In this document: positions 51,208 to 63,991 of the stretch, in pieces | Position numbering within the stretch: the first letter of the stretch is position 1 | Layout: each line of letters begins with the position of its first letter | NCBI GenBank assembly: GCA_030141605.1 | Contig: JAQGDQ010002405.1 | Coordinates: 14,260 to 78,259 of the forward strand | DNA: 64,000 nucleotides | Direction: 5' to 3' | Source of the DNA: Tubiluchus corallicola | Lineage: Eukaryota; Animalia; Priapulida | The notes under the pieces: generated by a model | What the model was told of the DNA's origin: nothing | Seen by the model: only the letters and a program-made list of their open reading frames with translations | Databases searched by the model: none | Made by a program: the position numbers and the translations under genes

Positions 51208-52543
51208 GACACTGTTTCACAAAGTGTGTAAACTAAAAAAATACCGAGGGTTTGGCTATTTATAGCTGGACCCTTTTTTCAAATATAACTAAGAACTGAT
51301 TCAAGACAATGCCCCAGTTTCTGATTGGCATTGACCATTTTTTAGTTGCTTCTCTGGTTGCCAAAAATACAGATTTCATTACAGCCTGGTCTGACGGGAA
51401 TGAAAGTTTGTTTTTTGTGTATTTTCTGATTTTTCCGTTGAGATTCTCAATCAGGTTGGTTGTATAAATTATCTTTATGATTTCCAGCGGAAACTCAAAG
51501 AATACTGTTAGGTCTTCCCAGTTGTCTCGCCAGCTTTTAATTGCGTAAGAGTATTTATCCTCCCAAGCTGCTGCAAAATCTTCTAAAGCTGCTTTTGCAG
51601 CCTCTTTTGTAGGGGCATTAGATTTGCTTCATATCTTTTGTAAATGCCTTTTTATCTTTCCAAACCACGTATCTGCTTGCGTTACGGATTTGATGAACAA
51701 CACATATTTGTGTTTTAGATTCAGGGAAAACAGTTCGGATAGTATCTGTAAAGCCATTCAAGTTATCTGTTGCCGTAATCAGAATATCGTTAACTCCACG
51801 GGCTTTCATATCGGTAAGTACGTTCATCCAAAAGGCAGCGGACTCACTCTTGCCCAACCATAAGCCAAGAACCTCTTTTTTCCCATCTCTGCGAAGTCCT
51901 ACGGCAATGTAAACGGTTTTGTTGACGACCTTAGAGTTCTCCCGCACTTTAAATACAATGCCATCCATCCAAACAATTAGGTATACAGTTTCCAGAGGTC
52001 GGTTCTGCCACGCTACAATGTCGTTGGTGACTGAATCGGTAATCCTTGATATGGTGGATGTGGAAACTTCAAAACCGTATAGCTCCCGAATTTGCTCTTC
52101 AATATCGCTATTACTCATTCCTTTAGCATAAAACGAAACAATGATATTCTCTAAGCCATCGACCATGTTCCCTCCTTTGGGTACAATCATCGGATTAAAC
52201 GAAGCATCACGGTCTCGGGGAACCTGAATGTTGGATTCTCCCAGAGTGGTTCGGACTCTCTTCTCTGAATAGCCATTGCGGGCATTCTGATTATCCGATT
52301 TTTGATTCTTATCATAGCCTAAATGACCATCGAGTTCTCCTTCAAGCATCTTTTCAATGCCTCGTTTTTGGAGCTCTTGTAAAAAACCATTGAGCTCTTC
52401 CCCTGAATTAAACTGTTCAAGGAAATCATCATTTAATAAATCTTCTTTTTTCATTACTGTCTAAAGTTTTAAAATTAAACAAAAAAATGCCGAGGGTTGC
52501 AACCCTCGGCATTTTCTATTTACACAGTTTATGAGATAGTGCT
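51208..52543 (-). mobile_element. IS256-family element, second copy (1336 bp), inverted, with 8-bp target duplication CACTATCT
   Basis: Near-identical to 44138-45475; duplication at 51200-51207 and 52544-52551. Confidence 0.95.
51260..52454 (-). pseudogene. IS256 transposase frameshifted by a 2-bp deletion
   Basis: Copy 1 reads ATC TAT AAC; this copy reads ATC TAA at ~51618. The element is 2 bp shorter. Confidence 0.9.
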
Positions 52544-52602
52544 CACTATCTCATAAAACTGTAAGCCCATAGAATATCTCTATCCACAAAGGCTAAAAAA
52601 CT

Positions 52603-54564
52603 CTACCTCTTTCTTCTCTTTTTGGCAGTAGCACTACGCTCGCGAGCCATATCTTCAAGGCGCTTCTGAAAGCCTGACTTCTTTCTGGGCTTCTTCTGAT
52701 TGGCATTTAGCTTTGCCAAAATAGCCCCCTCATCAACAAAGCGACGGATCAGTACTGTTTGCCCAATTGTGATAAGTGTCGATATGAAATAGTAATAACT
52801 TAGCCCAGATGCATAATTATTGAAAAACACCAAAAACATTATCGGCATTATATACATCATGCCCTTCATGCCAGGCATCTGCTGACTCGACTGGGACATT
52901 TCCTGATTTATACGACTATACACAATATTGGTTATAGTCATCAGCAAACAAAACAGGCTTATATGGTTACCATAGTATTTGGTAATAAAAGGAATATTAC
53001 CCTTCCACTCAACTATTGCATCATACGACGAAAGATCCTGAGCCCATAAAAAGCTCTCCTGTCTCAACTCAATTGAAGCAGGGAAAAACTGAAACATTGC
53101 AAACAATATAGGCATCTGTAACAGTAGCGGAATACATCCCCCCATAGGATTTACCCCTGCCTTTCGGTACAGCGCCATGGTTGCCTGCTGCCTCTCCATC
53201 GCCTTATCCTTCGGTATCTTGGCGTTTATCTCATCTATCTGGGGCTTCAACACCCTCATCCTTGCCGTTGATATATACGACTTATACGTTAGCGGAAAAA
53301 GTATCAGCTTTATAAGAATAGTCAGCAACAGTATAATAATTCCGTAATTGCCAACAAACCCCTCAAAGAAATGAAAAACCTTGATAACCAATAGATTTAT
53401 ATATCTGAGAAAGCCCCAGCCAAGGTAGACCAGTTTTCTCATGTCAACATCATCTTGTACCCCCTTAAAAATGCTAAAATCATTGGGGCCAAAATAAAAT
53501 GCATAGCTCGTTGCTTTATTGTCGCCAAAAGGAATAGCCATGTCTGCTAACGCATCCATAATGGTGCGACTGTTTTTATCGTCGGGTATACTAAGCTTTA
53601 CCGACCCATTCTTAAAAAACTCCTTAGCAATAAAAACGGATGAAAAAAATTGATCTTTAAACGCAACCCACTCCACTTTAGTACTAATGTTGTCAGAATT
53701 ATTCTTCGTGCTCTTAATATAATCAACCTCATCCTGATAGTGCTTGTAATAGACACCCGCATACCTTCGTTCAAAATCTGTCCCCCTCTCCTGAGCAGGT
53801 ACCTCCACTTGCCAGACAAGGTTTACTTCATCTACACCCCGTCCCATAAGTTGCTCTATCCTGGATGAATTAATATTAAAATCGAGCATATAAGAGTTAT
53901 GACTTATGGTGTAGGTATAATCTATATAGCCCCCTCCCTCAACTTCAAGCCTCATAACCAAAGACTTTTCCCCGCCAGGATTATCCCTGTTGTAGCTTTC
54001 ATTTCCCATTTTACTGCCAGACACATCTGCCCCGTCAACCACAAGAGAGGCACTGCCGCCTAAAGGATTAAAATATAAATCATTAGTCTGTATAGTCCTG
54101 TTCTGGGCAAAAAAGTTCAGACCAAAACGATTACTACTACCATTAAAAAGAACCAGAGGACTACCATCGTAGGCTTTGTAGTTTTTCAACTCAACAGAGT
54201 AGACACGGCCTCCCTTGTTGGATACCAAAACCTTCATCAAGTTGTTTTCCAAAGTGATGAATCTCTCTTTCCCACTTGCCGAAGCCGCAAACACACCATA
54301 ACGGTCTGCATTATCAATATTTTCGTTAGGCTGCCCGGCACTCACCCCACTACCCTCTTCAGACAACACTCTTTTTACCTCATACTCCCTCTCCCGTAAA
54401 CTCATGGAGTCAGATAACAGCCTCTCTCTTTCCATTTCCGCTATGCGAATCGAGTCTGCTCTCCTCTGTGCCGCAATCTCTTCCTGCGAAGGCCTGCTTA
54501 AATAACCGAACAATATCAGAATAGATATAATCAGGATTAATCCTGTAACTGTATTTCTGTCCAT
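52603..54564 (-). CDS. yidC: Membrane protein insertase YidC
   Basis: MDRNTVTG start, NYGIIILLLT, GVNPMGGCIPLLLQMP, FLWAQDLS, ASGLSYYY. Confidence 0.97.
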   Translation of the reverse strand: MDRNTVTGLILIISILILFGYLSRPSQEEIAAQRRADSIRIAEMERERLLSDSMSLREREYEVKRVLSEEGSGVSAGQPNENIDNADRYGVFAASASGKERFITLENNLMKVLVSNKGGRVYSVELKNYKAYDGSPLVLFNGSSNRFGLNFFAQNRTIQTNDLYFNPLGGSASLVVDGADVSGSKMGNESYNRDNPGGEKSLVMRLEVEGGGYIDYTYTISHNSYMLDFNINSSRIEQLMGRGVDEVNLVWQVEVPAQERGTDFERRYAGVYYKHYQDEVDYIKSTKNNSDNISTKVEWVAFKDQFFSSVFIAKEFFKNGSVKLSIPDDKNSRTIMDALADMAIPFGDNKATSYAFYFGPNDFSIFKGVQDDVDMRKLVYLGWGFLRYINLLVIKVFHFFEGFVGNYGIIILLLTILIKLILFPLTYKSYISTARMRVLKPQIDEINAKIPKDKAMERQQATMALYRKAGVNPMGGCIPLLLQMPILFAMFQFFPASIELRQESFLWAQDLSSYDAIVEWKGNIPFITKYYGNHISLFCLLMTITNIVYSRINQEMSQSSQQMPGMKGMMYIMPIMFLVFFNNYASGLSYYYFISTLITIGQTVLIRRFVDEGAILAKLNANQKKPRKKSGFQKRLEDMARERSATAKKRRKR

Positions 54565-54595
54565 ATAATACTATAAAAAACTAATTATTTCAATT

Positions 54596-56209
<1,614 letters not shown>

Positions 56210-56342
56210 TTATAGTCTTGAATTAAGGTTTTTAAAAGTGAGCAAAGTAACAAATAATAATTCTTAATGCCTGACAAAAAGCCAAACAAAGTAACCGACA
56301 TATACAAAGCCAGCAAGAGAGGCATATATAGTGAAGTGCCCC

Positions 56343-58433
56343 TTACTTTTGTTTCTCCAAGCTGTCAACAATAGTAATTTTGGCTTTTAGATACCGTATC
56401 TGCTCATTCAACTGCTCTATCTTCTCATTAACTCCTTCTATAAGCGACTCTGCTCCTTTTGACTTACCAAAAAAACCAATATTGTTATTCAGTGTTGCCA
56501 AATCACTCTCCAGCAACCTCAACCTGCTCACAATCCTCTCCCTATCTTTCTCTATCTTATCCCACCCTCTGGGAAGTGATATCCAGCCTGCAACCTTATT
56601 CTTAAACTTATGTATATTACGCTCCCGCTCGCTAATTTCAATCTTGTCATACTGTGTGTTAAGCAGCTCTCTAAACCGCATCTGCATATCGTCCTTCCTA
56701 TGAAGTGGAACAAAGCCTATCTCCGACCACTGGCGACTAAACTCATTCAAAACCCGGATATCCTCTTTTGCATTCCCACAAGACTGAAAACCGCTAACCT
56801 CCTCCATCAAGGCCTCCTTAGCTTTCAGATTCTCCCCCTGCTCCCCTGCTACTCCCAGAAAATGCTTGTCTTTTTTATTAAAAAACTCATCACATGCAGC
56901 TCTAAACCTCTTCCATACCGTATCAGAATCTTTCCTCGGAACAGGCCCCACCTCTTTCCATTTTCGTTGCAGCTCGATAAACTCCTTTGAAGCTGCTTTC
57001 CACTCTTCACTATCCTTTAACAACTCTGCTTGCTCACAAATCTCTATTTTCAATGCAAGGTTCTTATGTAGCTGCTCCTTGCTTTTTACCCAAAACTCAC
57101 GTTTTCTCTGAAAAAATATGTCATTTGCCTTTCTAAACCTGCTCCACACCTTTGTATTACTCTTGCGCGGTGCATATCCAACTGTCCGCCACTCTTTCTG
57201 TAAAGCAAGAATCTTTTTAGTCGCTACATTCCACTCGCGCGGATCGGTAGAATCAAAAGATGAATATGCCTCAGCACTCTCACACATAGCCAACTTCTTT
57301 TCAAGATTATTCTTCTGCTTCTCCCGCTCATTATCGAAATGCTGTTTGTTGACAACAGAAGTAGCCTCTTTAAAGCGATTCCATAACGACTCCCTCTTAT
57401 CCCTCGGAACAGGCCCCGTTTCGCGCCAACTCTCGTGAAGCTTTTGCAACTTCCTAAATGCATCTATGGTATTTCCCTCTTTAGCAACAACTGCCAACTC
57501 CTCCGCTCTGGTACACAGCTGCGTCTTCTGCTCCATATTACGTTGAAGATCAAGATCACGCAGCTCTCTGTTTATCTTTACATAATCATAAAACAGCTCC
57601 ACATGGTGATGATAGTTCTCCCACATATCCTTAATCACACCGTGAGGTATCTGGCCTATATCTCTCCATGTGTTCTGCAACTTTTTAAACTCACTAAAGG
57701 TGACATTGATAGATTCCTCACTACTAATCAAAGCCTTTATACCCTCTATTACCTCAAGCTTCTTCCTGTAATTCTCTTCTTTAATAGCCTCCTTCTTTTT
57801 ATTTGACTCCACCCTCATATTCCGATACTCCTTCTGCAAATTTTTCAAGTCCTGCTCATACAGATCCGGGGCGGTAACAAAATCCTCCTCTTTCCCTCCA
57901 CCTTCAATAAAAGCCCGTTTTATATCTTGTAAATCAGCATTGTGAAGCTTATAAAAACACGACCTTATAGCCTCTGCTTCATGCCTTATATCCTTATCGG
58001 GAAACTCAGACAGCAACTTCCTGAAAGCGTTAATCAACTGAACTTTGGTGTAAGATGAGTAGTCAATGCTGCATACCCCCTTCTTCTCTACCTTCTCTAC
58101 TTCCTCTACTTTCTCTACTTTCTCTACTTTCTCTACTTCCTCTACTTTCTCTTCCAGCCCTACTCTACCCTCCATCTCTTTAATCTCTCCTTTCTCCTCT
58201 TTCTCCTCTTTCTCTCCCTTTCCCTCTTCCACATCCAGCCCTGCCTTCCCAGCACTATTTATCACCCCTGTCTCTTCATTTTTCTCAGCACTACCGCTGC
58301 TACCATCAGCAACAGGCTCATCCTTAAACCCTTCTCCATCTCGATTTTTTTTCCCGGTTATACCCGTACTAAACCCATCCTGAGCTCCACCTCCGGAGTG
58401 TATAATGTTTTTGTTGGCACTTTTGGATTCCAT
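56343..58433 (-). CDS. DUF349-repeat protein with low-complexity E/K/V/G N-terminus
   Basis: Repeated W..(I/V)G.VP....(L/V)W.RF helical units. Confidence 0.88.
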   Translation of the reverse strand: MESKSANKNIIHSGGGAQDGFSTGITGKKNRDGEGFKDEPVADGSSGSAEKNEETGVINSAGKAGLDVEEGKGEKEEKEEKGEIKEMEGRVGLEEKVEEVEKVEKVEKVEEVEKVEKKGVCSIDYSSYTKVQLINAFRKLLSEFPDKDIRHEAEAIRSCFYKLHNADLQDIKRAFIEGGGKEEDFVTAPDLYEQDLKNLQKEYRNMRVESNKKKEAIKEENYRKKLEVIEGIKALISSEESINVTFSEFKKLQNTWRDIGQIPHGVIKDMWENYHHHVELFYDYVKINRELRDLDLQRNMEQKTQLCTRAEELAVVAKEGNTIDAFRKLQKLHESWRETGPVPRDKRESLWNRFKEATSVVNKQHFDNEREKQKNNLEKKLAMCESAEAYSSFDSTDPREWNVATKKILALQKEWRTVGYAPRKSNTKVWSRFRKANDIFFQRKREFWVKSKEQLHKNLALKIEICEQAELLKDSEEWKAASKEFIELQRKWKEVGPVPRKDSDTVWKRFRAACDEFFNKKDKHFLGVAGEQGENLKAKEALMEEVSGFQSCGNAKEDIRVLNEFSRQWSEIGFVPLHRKDDMQMRFRELLNTQYDKIEISERERNIHKFKNKVAGWISLPRGWDKIEKDRERIVSRLRLLESDLATLNNNIGFFGKSKGAESLIEGVNEKIEQLNEQIRYLKAKITIVDSLEKQK
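58082..58152. repeat. Imperfect 9-bp coding tandem repeat (EKV/EEV) in the DUF349 protein
   Basis: TTCTCTACT/TTCCTCTAC units, translated EKVEEVEKVEKVEKVEEVEKVEK. Confidence 0.85.
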
Positions 58434-58878
58434 TTTAATAATATGTATACATTTTTGGCCTCTCTGCTCAATAACTTACTAACGAAAATATAGAATTAGC
58501 CACGATTCTCAAAAGAAATTTAACAATACTTCCTTACAACAGGCACAGTCGTACAGATGCAAAGAAGTAATTTAGCTAAATTATAAAAACCTGCAGACTT
58601 TTACCAAAGACACTTTCTGAAGTCAATTTATCACGTAATCACTCCTGTAAGTATACTTACTGACAACCATTTAATATGTCTTCTCAATACAATATTTTGT
58701 CTATCACATTTATGAAATCACTGCTCAGGTCAGAAAATTACAACTTCATCCGGTTTTTTTCCAAGCCAAATAAAAAACCTATAGCTTAAAAGTAGCTTCC
58801 TTTTAAATAAATATAAAACTTGTACCAACAACCGTCTTGACTTGCAAATATCCTCTCTTTCAAGTTAAAAAACTTATA

Positions 58879-60093
58879 CTAGCGCTTCTCTTCGTCAATA
58901 TGCTTACACTCCAACACCTTGTCAGCCATCGCATTGGCAAGCTCTATACACATACGGCCTTTGTCGTCTTCCAGTTTGCCCTTCTCCTCAACAGGGTGAT
59001 ACACCACTTCCCAATTTATATCTTCAGCAAAATCTTTAAGCCTATTCACTCCACCACCACTCCATGCGTAGTTTCCAAAAATACCTAGGTAGTGATTCTT
59101 AACACCCATGTGACTGATCGTTGAAAGCAGGGTCTCAATACTTGGAAACAGTGAGTTATTATAAGTGCAACTGCCCACTATAAACCCTTTATATTTAAAA
59201 ATATCATTAATTATGTAAGATGAATGGGTCTTGGAAGAATCGTAAACCCTTATACTTTTTACTCCTCTTACAGAAAGCTGTCTAGCAATAACCTCCGCCA
59301 TCTCTTTTGTATGTCCATACATAGAACCATAGACAATAATAACCCCCTCGTCCATATCATAAGAACTCCATTTCTTATACCGGCTTAGCACCCACTTCAA
59401 GTCACTACGCCAAATGGGGCCATGAGTTGTTGCTATCATCCTTAACTCTAGCTCAGATATCTTTTTCATAGCCCTCTGCGTATGAGCACAGTACTTCCCC
59501 ACTATATTAGTAAAATAGCGCATAAGCTCCACTTCATAAAAGTCGAGATTTATCTCATCATCAAAAACACCTCCGTCAAGAGTTCCATAACTGCCAAATG
59601 CGTCACCCGAAAACAGTATCTTGTTTGTCTCCTCATAACTCACCATGGTTTCCGGCCAGTGAACCATAGGTATCTTTTGAAACTGCAGCCTCATCTTTCC
59701 CAGGTTGAGGGTGTCATTATCATCAACAACCATAATATTTTCAGGCTTAAGATAGAAGCTCTCTATAAAACCAAAAGTTTTCTTATTTCCAACCAGCGTC
59801 ACATCAGGATACCTACCAACAATGGCTCTTAACGCCCCTGAATGATCTGGCTCCATATGGTTAATAACAAGGTAATCAACTTTTTTACTGCCTATTATAC
59901 CCTCTATTTTGTCAAGGTAGCCATCTATAAATTGTCGCTCCACTGTATCAATCAACGCAACTTTCTCATCAACAATAAGGTATGAATTATAAGAGACTCC
60001 GTGAGGAATTGGCCATATATTTTCAAAGAGGTGGGTGCGCCTGTCATTAAACCCCAGGTAATAAATATCTTCTGATAGTTTTATATGATGCAT
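58879..60093 (-). CDS. fprA: Flavodiiron protein FprA (O2/NO reductase)
   Basis: SYNSYL, NHMEPDHSG, HWPETM, FSGDAFG, flavodoxin motif YGSMYGHT. Confidence 0.93.
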   Translation of the reverse strand: MHHIKLSEDIYYLGFNDRRTHLFENIWPIPHGVSYNSYLIVDEKVALIDTVERQFIDGYLDKIEGIIGSKKVDYLVINHMEPDHSGALRAIVGRYPDVTLVGNKKTFGFIESFYLKPENIMVVDDNDTLNLGKMRLQFQKIPMVHWPETMVSYEETNKILFSGDAFGSYGTLDGGVFDDEINLDFYEVELMRYFTNIVGKYCAHTQRAMKKISELELRMIATTHGPIWRSDLKWVLSRYKKWSSYDMDEGVIIVYGSMYGHTKEMAEVIARQLSVRGVKSIRVYDSSKTHSSYIINDIFKYKGFIVGSCTYNNSLFPSIETLLSTISHMGVKNHYLGIFGNYAWSGGGVNRLKDFAEDINWEVVYHPVEEKGKLEDDKGRMCIELANAMADKVLECKHIDEEKR

Positions 60094-60354
60094 GGTATTT
60101 CGTATTTAGAATAATTGATAACTTACACTCACCAGCTACCCAAATTGCAAAAATACAGTAATTTGAGGCCTTTTGCAAGATGACATATTTTGGTTCAAAC
60201 TAAGGAAAACTTGATTATAAGCCACTCCTTATTGACATAAATGAAGAGCTTGAAAAGAGTTTTGATAAAAATATTTAATGAAAAGATGAGCCTTGTAAAA
60301 GCCTCAATCCTTATCTTTGCTTACACTATATTGACAAAAATTATACATCCAACA

Positions 60355-61890
60355 ATGAGTGAAAAAAAAATAAGAGTCCGCTTTGCCCCCAGCCCTACAG
60401 GAGCTTTGCATATGGGAGGGGTGCGCACAGCCCTGTTTAACTACTTATTTGCAAAAAAACACAAAGGAGACTTTATTTTGCGCATAGAAGATACGGACCA
60501 GTCCAGATACAATGAAAATGCTGAAAAATACATAGAAGAGTCACTAAAGTGGTGCGGGATAAAAGTCGATGAAGGCCCGCATAAGGGTGGGAGCTATGCC
60601 CCATACCGACAAAGTGAACGTAAAAAAATATACAGCAAGTATGCAGAACAACTCACCTCTGCCGGTAACGCATATTACGCTTTCGACACCCCTGAAGAGC
60701 TGGAAGCAAAGCGGGCAGAAGCAAGCACTAAAAAGAAGGTGTTTACATATAACGCGGCTTCACGCAAGCAAATGAAAAACTCATTATCGCTGCCTGAGCA
60801 AACCTGGAAAGCCAAAATAGATAAAGGGGAGCCGTACGTGATTCGCTTTAAAATGCCGGATGAAGAGGAGATCCTGGCAAAAGATATGATAAGAGGAAAA
60901 GTTGTATTCAACACCTCCACACTGGACGATAAAGTGCTGCTTAAAGCAGATAAAATGCCAACATACCACCTGGCCAATGTTGTAGATGATCACCTGATGG
61001 ATATATCCCATGTTATTCGCGGAGAAGAGTGGCTATCTTCAATGCCATTGCATTTACTGCTATACGAAAGATTGGGGTGGAGTAACACCATGCCCCAATT
61101 TGCACACCTCCCCCTTATACTTAAACCTGTCGGGAAAGGTAAGCTATCCAAGCGTGATAGCGATAAAATGGGGTTCCCCCTGTTTCCTCTGAAGTGGAGA
61201 GACTCAGCATCAGGAGACACTTCGGCAGGCTACAGGGAGGAAGGCTATTTTCCTGAAGCATTTGTAAATATGATAGCTCTGCTGGGCTGGAATCCCGGAA
61301 CAGAACAGGAGATCTTTTCACTAGGTGAGCTTACAGAAGCTTTCTCTATGGAGCGCGTAGGCAAATCCGGCGCCAGATTTGACCCCGAGAAAACAAAGTG
61401 GTTCAACCATCAATACCTGGTAAACAAAACCAATGAGGAACTGGGAGCTATGATACAGCCTCTGTTAAAAGAGAAAGGAGTAAACAAACCCCAGAACTTT
61501 ACTACAACCGTGTGTGGCATGGTAAAGGATCGCTGCACCTTTGTGGCCGACATTTGGGAACAAAGCCACTTCTTATTCAAAAGCCCAGACAGCTACAACC
61601 AAAAAGTGGTGAAAAAAAGCTGGAAGGGAGAGGTGCCACAGATAATGGGAAAAATTGCAACCCTGTTAAAAAATACTAAGCAGTGGGAGGCTTCGTCCAT
61701 AAAAGAACTTTTGCAGTTGGAAGCAGGTAAAAATGAGTGGAGACTTGGACTGGTTATGAGCGCTCTCAGACTATGCCTGGTGGGGGGAAGCTTTGGGCCT
61801 GACCTGTTTGATATCTGTAAGCTAATAGGTAAAGATGAAACAATAGAACGTATCATAAAAGCAATAAACAATATTCCCCAAAAACAGTAG
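60355..61890 (+). CDS. gltX: Glutamate--tRNA ligase
   Basis: RFAPSPTGALHMGG, LRIEDTD, PTYHLANVVDD, KLSKR. TATCTTTG at 60312-60319 supports ATG 60355. Confidence 0.97.
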   Translation: MSEKKIRVRFAPSPTGALHMGGVRTALFNYLFAKKHKGDFILRIEDTDQSRYNENAEKYIEESLKWCGIKVDEGPHKGGSYAPYRQSERKKIYSKYAEQLTSAGNAYYAFDTPEELEAKRAEASTKKKVFTYNAASRKQMKNSLSLPEQTWKAKIDKGEPYVIRFKMPDEEEILAKDMIRGKVVFNTSTLDDKVLLKADKMPTYHLANVVDDHLMDISHVIRGEEWLSSMPLHLLLYERLGWSNTMPQFAHLPLILKPVGKGKLSKRDSDKMGFPLFPLKWRDSASGDTSAGYREEGYFPEAFVNMIALLGWNPGTEQEIFSLGELTEAFSMERVGKSGARFDPEKTKWFNHQYLVNKTNEELGAMIQPLLKEKGVNKPQNFTTTVCGMVKDRCTFVADIWEQSHFLFKSPDSYNQKVVKKSWKGEVPQIMGKIATLLKNTKQWEASSIKELLQLEAGKNEWRLGLVMSALRLCLVGGSFGPDLFDICKLIGKDETIERIIKAINNIPQKQ

Positions 61891-62129
61891 AAATAGCTAT
61901 TGTTTCAATATATTTAAAGTACCCAAAAGGTGTGGTCTCACCTTGCAAACAATAGTGAAATTGCAATGAATAGAGAGAGTGTGTGAAAAAATTGAAAAAG
62001 AAAAGTCACTACACAAACAGCACGTTCGGTTCTTACCAAAATGCTGTCCAAAAAAATATATACACTATTCCCCTAGCCACTTTATCTCTATTTTTTTACA
62101 AATCTGTTTTAAAATTTATCAAAAGCTGT

Positions 62130-62137
62130 TATATTTG
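62130..62137 (+). promoter_or_regulatory. -7 promoter element (TATATTTG) for tRNA-Asn
   Basis: TAnnTTTG about 40 bp upstream of the tRNA. Confidence 0.65.
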
Positions 62138-62175
62138 CATCGCTTTCGCGAATATATGCGAAAGCGCAAAAACAC

Positions 62176-62252
62176 TCCCCAGTAGCTCAGTTGGTTAGAG
62201 CGTCGGACTGTTAATCCGCAGGCCGTAGGTTCAAGTCCTACCTGGGGAGCCA
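62176..62252 (+). tRNA. tRNA-Asn (GTT), CCA encoded
   Basis: Acceptor TCCCCAG/CTGGGGA, D arm GCTC/GAGC, anticodon loop CTGTTAA, T arm GTAGG-TTCAAGT-CCTAC, then G-CCA. Confidence 0.97.
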
Positions 62253-62290
62253 ATAAAAAAGATAAACTTATTATCAGGCAACAAAAAGAG

Positions 62291-62323
62291 AGGCTATCCA
62301 AAAAGTATTGGGTAGCCTTTTTT
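62291..62323 (+). terminator. Intrinsic terminator after tRNA-Asn
   Basis: AGGCTATCCAA-aaagta-TTGGGTAGCCT followed by a T run. Confidence 0.8.
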
Positions 62324-62432
62324 GTAAAAAAGATTACAAATAAAATACCTGCAACCTATGTCATCCTAAAAAAATTTGTCTCTTAAGAGTCTAAATGACA
62401 ACACAATCAAAAATACGGTTTAAAGAGAGTAC

Positions 62433-63991
62433 TGTTTAACTTCAAAACTTATTGGACAAATTGATGCTTAAAGTTAAGAGATAGTTTTATAATTCAAATT
62501 CTCTTTTTTATGGTGATGATAATTCACTGTTGACTTGTTCGAAACTCGCAGAGTTTTCAATAAATCAAAAGTGATACACTGCGATTTTCTGATTCCTTTT
62601 TCTTCTTTCATTTAGCGTTTTTATTTTAATGTTTTCACGATTGCCCAGTAACTGTTTTTGCCTTCCAAAATACACGTCGGCAGGTGTAACATTCTTGAGT
62701 GATTCATGATACCGGTGGTTGTTGTAATTATATACAAACTCCTGTAGAACCGTCATTAGTTCATCAGGAAAGTAGTAGTTATCCAACTTTACCTGATTTT
62801 TCATGGTGCGGTGGTAACGCTCAATTTTCCCTTGTGTTTGAGGGTGGTATGGGGCTACACGTAAATGTCCCATTTTGGTGTCTTTTAAAAAGCTTTGAAA
62901 CTCGTTTGATATGTAGCACGCTCCATTATCGGAGAGTAACCTGGGACAATCGCCTGCAGGTATTTTGGCCGTATGTAAAGCCTTTTGAATAACATGCTTG
63001 GCATCGGCCGACTCAATGCTTTGGCAAAGCTCCCAGGTGACGATATACCTTGAATAATCTCCATTACGGTAGCCAAATAATACCAGCCCCATCCAATGAT
63101 TTTAAAGTAGGTAAAATCGGTTTGCCATTGCTGGTGCACACGCGTGGTCTTATCTTTAAAATCATCGGATGCAGCCATTAAAAGCCACGCAGGAGATGTG
63201 ATTAGCACTTGCTCTTTGAGAATCCGATATACGCTGGTTTCGCTGATAAACCACTTTTGATGGTCGGTGATGTGGTGGGCTAGTTCCCTAGGCGATAAAT
63301 CTGTACGTTACAAAGCGGTGTCTAAAACCAGTTCTCGTTCTTTGTTGGATATCTTGTTCCAAAACTTTTTGCGTTTTACCGGCTTGGGCTTGAGTGCATC
63401 ATATCCTCCCTCAAGGAAGCGTTTGTACCACTCGTAAAAGGTACTTCGGCTGATGTCAAGCTCTTCAAGTGTGCGCTTAACTCCGAATACCGAATCTTGA
63501 ACAATACGGATAATTTCCATCTTTTCACTGGCGCTTCGTCTCATATATTTATAAGTTACTCGGTTCCAGTTAAGCTTTTTTTAAGCATGCGTACTTCCAA
63601 ACTCAGCTCTGCTACAAACTGCTTTAGGTCGTGGTTCTCGTTCTTTAAACCGTTTACTTCGCCCGATGTAGCTTCCCGTTTAATGTCACCTGCAAGGCGT
63701 TTTTTGCCAGCTTCCATAAAATCTTTACTCCACTTGTAATAAAGGTTCGCGTTGATGCCTTCTTTTCGGCATAACTCGGCAATGCTATATTCGCCACGCA
63801 TGCCCTCTAGTAAAATCCTGATTTTTTCTTCAGCTGATTACTTCTTCCTCGTGTGTCTCTTAATCTCTTTTACCTTTTGTTCGGTAGTCTGTTTTTTTGC
63901 CTTCATCTTACTCGTTTTTATTGGTTATAATTTAAGAAATGTCTCTCTTAATTTTTAAACCAATTTGTCCGAATTAAGCTGAAGATTTACA
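62433..63991 (-). mobile_element. IS3-type element (1559 bp), full length but inactivated
   Basis: ~31-bp imperfect inverted repeats ending TGT...ACA. orfA (63556-63906) is an HTH protein with an internal TAA. orfB (62565-63544) is an rve integrase core (WQTDFTY, SDNG, QGKIER) with a TAA at 63308 and a 1-bp deletion near 63060. Confidence 0.9.

Noticed and set aside
44138-52543. Composite transposon or IS-mediated inversion carrying cytochrome-recF-ribH
   Set aside because: Each IS256 has its own matching 8-bp duplication (ATAAAACG; CACTATCT), indicating independent insertions without flank exchange.
60241-60354. N-terminal extension of GltX (similarly for Rny, SusC and the TPR protein)
   Set aside because: Downstream ATGs give typical N-termini, and for gltX and the TPR gene a TAnnTTTG promoter element lies inside the supposed extension.
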